From Candidatus Micrarchaeota archaeon (GTDB lineage Archaea; Micrarchaeota; Micrarchaeia; Norongarragalinales; SBBD01), in contig JAHJQN010000002.1 in the NCBI GenBank assembly GCA_018819225.1, positions 913 through 64,912 of the forward strand: a stretch of 64,000 nt of DNA, given 5' to 3'. The notes beneath the pieces were generated by a model. The model saw nothing but the letters and a program-made list of their open reading frames with translations. It made no database searches and had not been told where the DNA came from. Made by a program: the position numbers and the translations under genes. Shown piece after piece: positions 29,059 through 38,050 of this stretch (its first letter is position 1; each line of letters opens with the position of its first letter).

Positions 29059-30875
29059 ATTCCATTTTATTCGATGAAACGACTACGGCCTTCGTGTACG
29101 GGCTGCAAGCGAATCCCATTCAGCGCATGCTCGATTTTGATTTCCTGAGCCGCCGAAAAATTCCTTCCGTGACGGCGGTCATCAATCCGTCGGCATCCGG
29201 CATACACCAAGCGTTTTTCGGGAGCCGAGAAATCTTCATTCCCATGTACCGCACCATCACCGAAGCATGCAAAAAACATCCCCCGGTTTCCGTGCTCGTT
29301 AATTTTGCCTCCTTCCGCTCCGCGTTCGAAACCACTCAAGAAGCATTAAATCAAAAGACGTTGAGAACCATCATCATTATAGCGGAAGGCGTTCCCGAAC
29401 GCCAAACCCGCGAATTGGCCGCGCAAGCAAAAAAAGATGGGAAGTGGTTGATTGGTCCGGCAACGGTTGGAGGAATGCTCGCTGGCGGGTTCCGCATCGG
29501 AAACACGGGCGGCTCTCTCGACAACATTATCGCATCCAGACTTTACCGTCCGGGTAGTGTGGGATTCGTTTCCAAAAGCGGCGGAATGAGCAATGAAATG
29601 TTTAACGTGATTGCGCGGAATTCGAACGGCATTTACGAAGGAATAGCGATCGGCGGCGACAAGTTCCCCTGCACGTCCCTACTGGATCATCTGCTTCGCT
29701 TTGAACAAAACCCCCGCATTTCCATGTTGGTGGCGCTCGGAGAGCTCGGCGGGGAGGACGAGTATGACATCGTGGACGCGCTACAACAAAAGAAGATTTC
29801 CAAACCGCTGGTGATCTGGGTCACGGGCACGTGCGCATCCGTATTCCCATCCGAAGTCCAATTCGGACACGCGGGAGCCAAATCCGGCGCTCGAAAAGAA
29901 TCCGCGGAAGCCAAAAACGAGGCGTTGCGAAAAGCCGGCGCTATGGTCCCTTCATCGTTTGACGGATTGCCAAATGCCATTTCCCAAACCTACGAAAAAC
30001 TCTTGAAAATGGGCCAAGTGAAAAAAATGGTTGAACCTCCCGTTCCTGCCCTTCCCATCGATTTCAAAACCGCATTAGCCGAAGGAAAAATCCGCAAGCC
30101 CGCGGGCATCGTTTCCTCGATTTCCGACGACCGCGGGAACGAGGTCACGTACAACAAAGTGCCATTGAGCAAACTATTTGAAGAGGATGCAAGCATCGGA
30201 GACGTCATTTCCTTGTTATGGCTGAAGAAACGCTTGCCAAAATACGCTTCCCGCTATATCGAACTCGTACTCATGACCGTCGCGGATCACGGGCCGGCTG
30301 TTTCCGGCGCACACAACGCCATTGTCGCTTCCAGAGCCGGAAAAGATTTAGTATCCTCTCTGGCGTCCGGGATGTTGACTATCGGTCCGCGATTCGGGGG
30401 CGCCATCGATGACGCGGCGCGCTATTTCAAGATGGGAAAGGAAAGCGGGATGACGCCTCGCGAATTCGTGAACGACATGAAACGGAAAGGCATGCTCATT
30501 CCCGGCATTGGGCATCGCATCAAAAGCGTTCAGAATCCGGATGCGCGCGTCGAGCTCTTGAAGGCCTACGCGAAAAAGCATTTCCCGAAAACCGACTACC
30601 TGGATTTTGCGCTGGAGGTTGAAAAAATCACTACCAGCAAGCGCAACAACCTCATCCTCAACGTGGATGGAAGCATCGGCGTCATGTTTCTCGATTTATT
30701 GAGCTCGTGTCCTGAAATCAGTCCAGACGAATTTGAGGAAGCCATTGATCTCGGTATCCTCAACGGTCTCTTCGTCATCGGCCGCAGCATCGGCATGGTG
30801 GGTCACGTCATCGACCAGAAGCGCCTGAAGCAACGCTTGTACCGTCATCCGTTCGACGACATCTTATACGTCTGA
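29055..30875 (+). CDS. aclA: ATP citrate lyase, CoA-binding plus citryl-CoA lyase subunit
   Basis: QRMLDFD, GPATVGG, SKSGGMSNE, FGHAGA, ADHGPAVSGAHN, PGIGHRIKS, LNVDG. Confidence 0.93.
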   Translation: MNSILFDETTTAFVYGLQANPIQRMLDFDFLSRRKIPSVTAVINPSASGIHQAFFGSREIFIPMYRTITEACKKHPPVSVLVNFASFRSAFETTQEALNQKTLRTIIIIAEGVPERQTRELAAQAKKDGKWLIGPATVGGMLAGGFRIGNTGGSLDNIIASRLYRPGSVGFVSKSGGMSNEMFNVIARNSNGIYEGIAIGGDKFPCTSLLDHLLRFEQNPRISMLVALGELGGEDEYDIVDALQQKKISKPLVIWVTGTCASVFPSEVQFGHAGAKSGARKESAEAKNEALRKAGAMVPSSFDGLPNAISQTYEKLLKMGQVKKMVEPPVPALPIDFKTALAEGKIRKPAGIVSSISDDRGNEVTYNKVPLSKLFEEDASIGDVISLLWLKKRLPKYASRYIELVLMTVADHGPAVSGAHNAIVASRAGKDLVSSLASGMLTIGPRFGGAIDDAARYFKMGKESGMTPREFVNDMKRKGMLIPGIGHRIKSVQNPDARVELLKAYAKKHFPKTDYLDFALEVEKITTSKRNNLILNVDGSIGVMFLDLLSSCPEISPDEFEEAIDLGILNGLFVIGRSIGMVGHVIDQKRLKQRLYRHPFDDILYV

Positions 30876-30938
30876 GTCCCGCTCTGGGTTCGTCGACGCC
30901 CGCATGTGTTAAAAGCCAACCCGATCAGAAATGCATGC

Positions 30939-31229
30939 ATGGACCGCAGAAAGTTCCTGCAAATATTCGGGCTATCATCCGCATTAGCCGTTTTTTCCAG
31001 TTTTCCCCTGCACGAATTGGTATCGTATTTTGGCCGCCAGCCCCCTGGTTCCGCTCATTTCAACGGAATACGCGTCTCTACCGAGCGGCCGGTGCCGAGA
31101 AGCAAGCTGAGGGAGCTCACGCGAGAAATCGCTTTACTGCAGCCTTTGATTCGAAGCAAAGATTTTCGAGCCGGAAGTGCCCGAGTACGTGAAAAGAGCG
31201 CGCGTCCGGGAATGATTCTTCAGCCGTGA
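30939..31229 (+). CDS. Hypothetical protein with a twin-arginine-like N-terminus
   Basis: MDRRKFLQIFGLSSALAVF. Confidence 0.5.
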   Translation: MDRRKFLQIFGLSSALAVFSSFPLHELVSYFGRQPPGSAHFNGIRVSTERPVPRSKLRELTREIALLQPLIRSKDFRAGSARVREKSARPGMILQP

Positions 31230-31329
31230 CTGCCTTTTTCCTCACGATTCTCGAGCCGCTATGATGTGCTTCCCGTTCCTCGAATCCAGCATACCCTCAT
31301 TGGAATTCGCGTGCCGAAAGCTTAATAAG

Positions 31330-31345
31330 TTATAACTAGTTATAA
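31330..31345. promoter_or_regulatory. Perfect 16-bp palindrome, probable toxin-antitoxin autoregulatory operator
   Basis: TTATAACTAGTTATAA directly upstream of the antitoxin start. Confidence 0.7.
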
Positions 31346-31359
31346 TTCCGGTGGGGGCA

Positions 31360-31569
31360 ATGGCATCGGTGGTTAGCGTGAAAATTCGGCCGGTCGGCAA
31401 TTCGCTGGGCTTCATCCTTCCAAAAAAACTGATCCGGGAAGAACGCATCCGCGAAGGGGATGACGTGGAGTTCATTCTCGTGAAACGCCGGAAAATAGAC
31501 GTGCAAAGCCTTTTGGGAATTGCAAAGGGTACTCCTCCTTTCGTTCGAAGGCACGGTCATCGGGACTAG
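31360..31569 (+). CDS. AbrB/MazE/SpoVT family antitoxin
   Basis: KIRPVGNSLGFILPKKLI...EGDDV. Confidence 0.85.
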   Translation: MASVVSVKIRPVGNSLGFILPKKLIREERIREGDDVEFILVKRRKIDVQSLLGIAKGTPPFVRRHGHRD

Positions 31570-31579
31570 GTCGGAATCC

Positions 31580-31960
31580 ATGTTGCTGGACACGCATGCC
31601 TGGATCGAACTGCTTCGAGGAAGCGCTCTCGGAAATGAGGTCGCCACCCTCCTTTCGGAACAACCGTGCTTTACCGCCATGCCCACACTCACCGAACTGG
31701 GATCCTGGACGCTTCGTCGGAGATTCGACCACGCGTTCATCCTCAAAAAGGTGCGATCCCTTTCCACGCTTCTTCCGCTTTCGGAAGATGGAGCGATTCT
31801 GGCTGGAAAACTTCACTTCGAATTCCGTAAGTCCATTTCCGATTGGGGAATGCTCGATTCCTTGATTTATGCGACCGCCTTGCTGCACGGCCAAGAACTC
31901 GTCACGGGCGACCCGCACTTCAAGGGAAAGCCGCACGTGATTTTTCTCGGCGAGTCCTGA
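31580..31960 (+). CDS. vapC: PIN domain (VapC-like) toxin
   Basis: LLDTHAWIE, TLTEL, DSLIYATA, VTGDPHF. Confidence 0.9.
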   Translation: MLLDTHAWIELLRGSALGNEVATLLSEQPCFTAMPTLTELGSWTLRRRFDHAFILKKVRSLSTLLPLSEDGAILAGKLHFEFRKSISDWGMLDSLIYATALLHGQELVTGDPHFKGKPHVIFLGES

Positions 31961-32394
31961 AAGCCGTTCCCCTTATCCGTCTTTCTTCTTCCACTCGACA
32001 ACCATTTTTCATGCCCTTGGAGTCCTTTCGTTCTCAAATCGGCGGAATATCCTGCTCGCCGGAATTGGTGTACGATTTCGTCTAGGGCGCGATCCGCGTC
32101 TGGTTTCGGTACGGTTTCGACAATTTTAATGTACGGTTCTTCGGAATAGCCGCCAGTATCCCTGGATACGTGGACTTCGATTGCAGCTTTATTCGGATGC
32201 CTCCACTTCCAAATTCCCGCGCGAAATCCGAGTTTCTTAAAATGGGGTTCCGGATTTGGTAGGTGGTCAAGCAAATGGATTTTAAGAAGGAACATGACCT
32301 CTTTTTCATCCCGTCCTGAAGTAGCCCGTTCCAACGTCATCTTTACTGCTTTAGGAACAATTTTTTCACGAATCCATTGCGTGGTCTGAAACAT
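31867..32394 (-). CDS. Hypothetical protein at the end of the PDH operon
   Basis: Starts 12 bp after the lpd stop; its 3' end overlaps vapC antisense. Confidence 0.5.
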   Translation of the reverse strand: MFQTTQWIREKIVPKAVKMTLERATSGRDEKEVMFLLKIHLLDHLPNPEPHFKKLGFRAGIWKWRHPNKAAIEVHVSRDTGGYSEEPYIKIVETVPKPDADRALDEIVHQFRRAGYSADLRTKGLQGHEKWLSSGRRKTDKGNGFQDSPRKITCGFPLKCGSPVTSSWPCSKAVA

Positions 32395-32406
32395 GCCGGA
32401 CCCTTT

Positions 32407-33807
32407 TTACGAGTGCACGCCTTTTCCCAACGCGTTTTCGACTGCTTCCATGATCGCTTCCGAAAGCGAGGGGTGCGGGTGAATCGTCTTTCCTACGTCT
32501 TCCGCGAGCGCGCCCATCTCGATCGCCAAAGTGGCTTCGCTGATGAGATCCGAGGCGTTCGGCCCCACGATATGAATTCCCAGAATCTCTTTCAACTCTT
32601 CTCCAATGATCACTTTCACGAATCCATCGTTTTCCTGCATCGTCATCGCCCTTCCAAGCGCCCGGAAAAAGTATTTGCCTACCCTGATTTTCTTCCCTTC
32701 TTTTTGCGCCTCCCACTCGTGCATTCCCACGGAAGCGATTTCGGGATCCGAGTATACGACGGCCGGGATGGCTTGCGCGTCAAACGCCGCTGGTTCTCCT
32801 GAAATGGCTTCTGCCGCCACTTTTCCTTCCGCGCTCGCCTTATGCGCGAGCATGGGGTGACCAATAACGTCCCCGATCGCGTAAATGCGAGGGTCATGCG
32901 TGCGCCGCTGTTCGTTGACTTTCACGAATCCTTTCGCGTCCACCTGCACCCGCGTATTTTGCAAACGCAAATTCTCGGTTAACGGTTTTCTTCCGACGGC
33001 CACCAAAACCAAGTCGCAAGGCACGCGCTTTTCCCCTTGAACCGTCTCAATCACCAGCTCTTTTTTTGCCCGGTCCGCTGATTTCGCTTTGGCTTGCGTA
33101 ACGATTTCCGCGCCGGATGCTTGAAGTTTTTTTACGGCGACTTCCTTCACGTCGTTGTCCAAACCCCCCAGCACATGCGCCGAAGCCTCCACGAGCGTGA
33201 CGTGGCTCCCGAGGCGCGCGAACACGGTTCCGAGCTCGAAACCAATGTACCCGCCGCCGACGATGGCCAATCGCTTGGGGACTTCCTGAAGTTTTAATGC
33301 ATAACGCGAGCTGATCACGAATTCTCCGTCGAACGTTATATTCGGTAACTCGACGGATTTGCTTCCCGTTGCAATAATGGCTCGCTCGAATTCAATGGCC
33401 TTGATGCCTTCCCCTTGCTGAACCACGACGCGCTGCGAGGAATCAAAGGAAGCCGTTCCTTTGACGAGCTCTATCTTGTATTTGCGAAACAGCGAGGCAA
33501 TGCCCGACCGCAATTTTTTTAAAACGCCTTCCTTCCAAGCCTGCATCTTTTCCGCGTTCAGGCTTTTTGCCGAAACCGTGATTCCCAGTTCTTCGAGCTT
33601 CCCGATGCCCGCGTATTCCGCACTCGCGTGAATGATCGCTTTCGAAGGAATGCATCCGTGGTTCAGGCAAATACCTCCCAGCTCTTCGGATTCCACGCAA
33701 ATGACTTTTTTTCCAAGCTGGGCCGCGCGAATCGCAGCCACGTACCCCCCGGGTCCTGCCCCAATCACTACCACGTCCGTGCTTTGAGCCATTTCGCCTA
33801 CGACCAT
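32407..33807 (-). CDS. lpdA: Dihydrolipoamide dehydrogenase (E3)
   Basis: GAGPGGY, GGICLNHGCIPSK, GGGYIG, HPHPSLSE. Confidence 0.95.
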   Translation of the reverse strand: MVVGEMAQSTDVVVIGAGPGGYVAAIRAAQLGKKVICVESEELGGICLNHGCIPSKAIIHASAEYAGIGKLEELGITVSAKSLNAEKMQAWKEGVLKKLRSGIASLFRKYKIELVKGTASFDSSQRVVVQQGEGIKAIEFERAIIATGSKSVELPNITFDGEFVISSRYALKLQEVPKRLAIVGGGYIGFELGTVFARLGSHVTLVEASAHVLGGLDNDVKEVAVKKLQASGAEIVTQAKAKSADRAKKELVIETVQGEKRVPCDLVLVAVGRKPLTENLRLQNTRVQVDAKGFVKVNEQRRTHDPRIYAIGDVIGHPMLAHKASAEGKVAAEAISGEPAAFDAQAIPAVVYSDPEIASVGMHEWEAQKEGKKIRVGKYFFRALGRAMTMQENDGFVKVIIGEELKEILGIHIVGPNASDLISEATLAIEMGALAEDVGKTIHPHPSLSEAIMEAVENALGKGVHS

Positions 33808-33809
33808 TT

Positions 33810-35024
33810 CTATCCCTTTTCCATCCACGCCGGATTCTCCAGCTTTTCCACGAGATCTTTCATGAATCGCGCGGCGTCGGCCCCGTCGCCCACGCGGTGA
33901 TCGAATGTGAGCCCCAGATACGTCATGGGCCGGATCACGATTTTTCCGTCTCGTACCACGGGACGATCCTTCATGCGGTTCACTCCGAGGATCGCGGACT
34001 CCGGGGGATTCAATACCGCGGTAGCCAATACCCCGCCCACGCTTCCGATGTTCGTAACCGTAAACGTACTGGCTCTCAGTTCGTCTAACGACAATTTTCT
34101 CGCCCGCGCCTTTTCCGACAGCCCTCCGATCTCTTTAGCGATATCGAACACGCTTTTCTGGTCCGCGTTTTTTAAGACGGGCGCAATCAGGCCTTCCTCC
34201 GTATCCACACCTACTGCCACATTGATTTCATCATGCAGAATTAATTCCGCTTTCTCTTCATCGAGCGAAGCGTTGAAGCGCGGGTATTGTTTTAATGTCG
34301 TGGCCACGGCCTTCACCATATACGCCAGCGGCGTGAGCTTGAAGCCCATCTGCTCCGCTTTCGGCTTGTTCCGTCCCCGCAATTCCTTGAGCGCTCCGAA
34401 ATCGACTTCTTCAATGTAGGTCACGTGCGCGACATGTCTCCACGACCATGACATGCGCTCGGAAATCGTTTTCCTCAAATGCGTCAGCGGCACGCGTTTT
34501 CCTTTCCCGTAATCGAATGACAACGTTTTCTCTTGATGCGTGCTTGCAGGTGCTGCGAGTGCGCCTCCTTTTGCCTTCTCCAAATCCTCTGCAGTTATTC
34601 GGCCTCCCGGACCGCTTCCGCTCACCTTGCTTAAGTCGATTCCTGCTTTTCTTGCAGCTGCTCGCACGCTCGGCGGGGCTAAAATTCTTTCCGGAGCCGC
34701 CGACGCTTCTTTTTTGGGCACTTCCACTTTCTTCTCGTTTGATTCCGTTATAGCTTCTTCCGCATCCGGCATGGGTTCGCCGGGTTCTCCCACGGTCATC
34801 AACGGCTTTCCAACGAGAATGACGTCTCCTGGTTTACCGTACAGTTTCAGGACCGTGCCATGATCCCTAGAAGGTATTTCCACGACCGCTTTATCCGTTT
34901 CCACTTCCGCGATCGGTTGATCTTCTTTCACCGGGTCGCCTTCTTTCACGAGCCATTTGACGAGCGTTCCTTCGCGAATGCCTTCTCCCACGTCCGGAAA
35001 CAACATGTGTTTTGCCACATTCAT
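33810..35024 (-). CDS. pdhC: Dihydrolipoamide acyltransferase (E2)
   Basis: Lipoyl motif ETDKA, E3-binding GSGPGGRI, catalytic DHRVGDG. Confidence 0.93.
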   Translation of the reverse strand: MNVAKHMLFPDVGEGIREGTLVKWLVKEGDPVKEDQPIAEVETDKAVVEIPSRDHGTVLKLYGKPGDVILVGKPLMTVGEPGEPMPDAEEAITESNEKKVEVPKKEASAAPERILAPPSVRAAARKAGIDLSKVSGSGPGGRITAEDLEKAKGGALAAPASTHQEKTLSFDYGKGKRVPLTHLRKTISERMSWSWRHVAHVTYIEEVDFGALKELRGRNKPKAEQMGFKLTPLAYMVKAVATTLKQYPRFNASLDEEKAELILHDEINVAVGVDTEEGLIAPVLKNADQKSVFDIAKEIGGLSEKARARKLSLDELRASTFTVTNIGSVGGVLATAVLNPPESAILGVNRMKDRPVVRDGKIVIRPMTYLGLTFDHRVGDGADAARFMKDLVEKLENPAWMEKG

Positions 35025-35028
35025 CCAC

Positions 35029-35994
35029 CTAGTATTTCATGATTTCCTCCACTGCTTTTCCGATGCGTGCCGTATCCGGCAAATAATAATCCTCCAGTTT
35101 GGCCAACGGAATCGGCACGTCATAACCGCTGACGCGCAAGATCGGCGCATTAAGCGACATCAACGCCTTTTCAGCGATGCGCGCGCTGATTTCCGCCGCG
35201 AACCCGCCGGATTTCGGGGATTCCGAAACGATAATGGCTCGCCCGGTTTTCTTCACGCTCGCGAGGACGGTATTCTCATCAAATGGGCTCAACGAGCGAA
35301 TATCGATTATTTCAATGCCGTATTTCGCGTTTTGCACGTATTCCATGCACGTCCTCGTCAAAGATCCCCACGTGATCATCGTTATATCCTTTCCTTCCTG
35401 CAGGATGCGGGCCTCTCCCAGAGGAATGGTGTACGGTTCCTCTGGCACCTCTTCCTTGAACGCGCGATAGAGGCGTTTGGGTTCGAAGAATACCACGGGA
35501 TCCGGGTCCCGAATCGCGGAAATCAATAATCCTTTTGCCTCTTTCGGGCTGGAAGGAATCACGGTTTTCACGCCCGGAATGTGCGCATAGATGGCTTCCA
35601 TGCTTTCCGAATGGTGTTCCAGTGCGCGCACGCCGCCTCCCCACGGAGCCCTCATCACGAGCGGAACCGTGTACTTGCCGCGCGATCGCATGCGCATGCG
35701 CGCCGCGTGCGAGATTAACTGGTTCAGCGTGATATACGTAAAACCATCGAATTGAATTTCCAGCACGGGTCTCATTCCGTTGACCGCCAGTCCAATGGCC
35801 GTGCCCATGATACCGGCTTCTGCCAGCGGCGTATCCACGACGCGCGCTTCCCCGAATTTTTCCAGCAATCCCTGCGTCACCCTGAACACGCCCCCGTCTT
35901 TTCCCACGTCTTCCCCCATTACCATCACGCTTTTATCGCGCTCCATCTCCTGATACATGGCTTGGTTAATGGCTTGAACCAAATTCAATTGCAT
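35029..35994 (-). CDS. pdhB: 2-oxoacid (pyruvate) dehydrogenase E1 beta
   Basis: Start MQLNLVQAINQ; GEDVG, DTPLAE, EHHSES, EPKRLY. Confidence 0.92.
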   Translation of the reverse strand: MQLNLVQAINQAMYQEMERDKSVMVMGEDVGKDGGVFRVTQGLLEKFGEARVVDTPLAEAGIMGTAIGLAVNGMRPVLEIQFDGFTYITLNQLISHAARMRMRSRGKYTVPLVMRAPWGGGVRALEHHSESMEAIYAHIPGVKTVIPSSPKEAKGLLISAIRDPDPVVFFEPKRLYRAFKEEVPEEPYTIPLGEARILQEGKDITMITWGSLTRTCMEYVQNAKYGIEIIDIRSLSPFDENTVLASVKKTGRAIIVSESPKSGGFAAEISARIAEKALMSLNAPILRVSGYDVPIPLAKLEDYYLPDTARIGKAVEEIMKY

Positions 35995-35996
35995 GC

Positions 35997-37067
35997 CTAT
36001 CCCTCTAGCGACTGCTTCATCTCCTGCATTTGCTGTCGGAGATCCGGAGTCAAGTCCTGATACAAGTATTTGAACATATCCTCTGGATTCGCTTGAAACC
36101 CTTCCGCTTTTTTCACGGCCTCCTCCACTTCCCGTGCGGCCTTTTCTTGCACTTCCTTTTCGTACGCCTCGTTCCAGAACCCGTTTTTCTTCAAGTACGT
36201 TTGAAAGCGCGCGATCGGATCCTTTTTCCGCCATGCCTCGACTTCGGCTTCGTCCCGATAGCGCTTCGGGTCATCGGAAGTCGTGTGCGCCGCGATTCGA
36301 TAGGTAATCGCTTCAATGAGCGTCGGGCCTTTGCCCGCATACCCTTTCTCGAGCGCTTTCTTGGTCGCAACGTACATGGCCAGCACATCGTTTCCATCCA
36401 CTTGAATGCCTTCAAATCCGTACGCAATGGCTTTCTGCGCAATCGTTTCGCTACGCGTTTGCCTTGCGCGCGGAGTCGAAATCGCATACTGGTTGTTTTG
36501 ACAAATAAACACGCATGGGATTTGGAACACGCCGGCGAAATTCGCGGATTCGTGAAAATCTCCTTCCGAGGACGCCCCGTCTCCGAAAAACGTTATCGCG
36601 GCTTGCCTTTTCCCTTGAATCTTCGCGGCCCAAGCGAGTCCTACGGCGTGCCCCACTTGCGATCCCACGGGAATGGATACCGGAAAACAATTCTGGTCTT
36701 TTTCAAACCGACTGCCTTCCTCATGACCCATCCAATACAGGAATAGGGTGCGCATCGACACGCCTTTCGCCAAATACGCCGCGTTTTCCCGGAACGCGGG
36801 CACCATCCAATCCTCTTTCTTGGAAGCCATTACGCTTCCCACTTGCGCGGCTTCCTGTCCTTCGGTCGGCACGTACGTATAGCACCGGCCTTGCCGCTGC
36901 AAGGAAATCGCTTTCTTGTCCATGGCGCGCGACCGCACCATCGTCTCGTACATTTTTTTGAGCGTGAGTTCATCCAGCTTGGGGTCGAGACTCGCGTCCA
37001 CGTTTCCCTTCTCGTCCAATATCTGCAAGTATTCGATTTGCGCTTCAAACACTTTTTTCCGGCTCAT
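35997..37067 (-). CDS. pdhA: 2-oxoacid (pyruvate) dehydrogenase E1 alpha
   Basis: LQRQGR, GQEA, TPP motif GDGASSEGDFHE...NNQYAIS, HTTSDDP. Confidence 0.92.
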   Translation of the reverse strand: MSRKKVFEAQIEYLQILDEKGNVDASLDPKLDELTLKKMYETMVRSRAMDKKAISLQRQGRCYTYVPTEGQEAAQVGSVMASKKEDWMVPAFRENAAYLAKGVSMRTLFLYWMGHEEGSRFEKDQNCFPVSIPVGSQVGHAVGLAWAAKIQGKRQAAITFFGDGASSEGDFHESANFAGVFQIPCVFICQNNQYAISTPRARQTRSETIAQKAIAYGFEGIQVDGNDVLAMYVATKKALEKGYAGKGPTLIEAITYRIAAHTTSDDPKRYRDEAEVEAWRKKDPIARFQTYLKKNGFWNEAYEKEVQEKAAREVEEAVKKAEGFQANPEDMFKYLYQDLTPDLRQQMQEMKQSLEG

Positions 37068-37981
37068 TTCGTTTTCCCTCCTGATGGTTGAATGGCATGC
37101 TTCAAGAATAATTCTCCGGCACGGTACGAGCTCCTCACGAACGGGCCGCTGGCCACGAACGCGAATCCCTTGTCCAACGCCACTTTCTTATATGCCTCGA
37201 ATTGTTCCGGCGTCACATACTCGCGAATCTCCAATTGTTTTTGGCTCGGCCGCAAATATTGGCCGATGGTTAACACTTGCACTCCTTTCTCGCGCAAATC
37301 ATCCATGGCCTGTTCCACGTCCTTCTGCGTTTCTCCTAGCCCGACCATGATTCCGCTCTTCGTGTATATCCGCGAATCCATTTGCTTCACGTTCTCCAGC
37401 ACGCGCAGGCTTTGGCGGTAGTTCGCCCGCGGGTCCCTCACCTTCGGGGTCAACGTTTCCGTGGTTTCAATGTTGTGAGAAATCACGTCGGGTCTCGCGT
37501 CCACCATTTTTTTCAGGCAGGACTCGTCGCCCCGGAAATCCGGAATCAATACTTCGATCAAGCAAAACGGGGCTTTGTCTTTGACTGCTTTGATGCACGC
37601 CGCAAAATGGCCGGCGCCTTGATCCGGCAAATCATCGCGGTCCACGCTCGTAATCACCACGTAATCCAGCTTCATTTCCACTACGGCCTGAGCCACGTTC
37701 TCGGGTTCCATGGGATCCAACGGCCGGCCGGTTTTCCACGTTTTCACGGCACAAAAACGACAGCCGCGCGTGCACGTGTCCCCCATGACCATGAACGTCG
37801 CGGTTCCCGTGCTCCAGCACTCGTTAATGTTCGGGCATTTCGCCTCCTCGCACACCGTCACCAAACGCTTTTCGTTCAGCGTTCCGCGTACGCTCTGATA
37901 GCTTTGCGGTACGGTCGGTGGTCTTATTTTCAGCCAGGCGGGTTTCATGTCGAGGGATCTCCTCTGGTGACCTTGTTGCAT
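37064..37981 (-). CDS. lipA: Lipoyl synthase
   Basis: CEEAKCPNINEC, CTRGCRFC, VRSSY. Confidence 0.95.
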   Translation of the reverse strand: MQQGHQRRSLDMKPAWLKIRPPTVPQSYQSVRGTLNEKRLVTVCEEAKCPNINECWSTGTATFMVMGDTCTRGCRFCAVKTWKTGRPLDPMEPENVAQAVVEMKLDYVVITSVDRDDLPDQGAGHFAACIKAVKDKAPFCLIEVLIPDFRGDESCLKKMVDARPDVISHNIETTETLTPKVRDPRANYRQSLRVLENVKQMDSRIYTKSGIMVGLGETQKDVEQAMDDLREKGVQVLTIGQYLRPSQKQLEIREYVTPEQFEAYKKVALDKGFAFVASGPFVRSSYRAGELFLKHAIQPSGGKTK

Positions 37982-38050
37982 ACTCTCCCAAGATATAAAA
38001 ACGCTTGCCGCCGATCGCTTTTACGACGCGAGACGAAGCCATTCAACTCG

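Noticed and set aside
24590-30875. Reductive TCA carbon fixation inferred from ATP citrate lyase
   Set aside because: No ferredoxin-dependent carboxylases or fumarate reductase in the window, and PDH is effectively irreversible.
35995-36234. N-terminal extension of pdhB in the track
   Set aside because: It overlaps pdhA; homology begins at MQLNLVQAINQ (35994).
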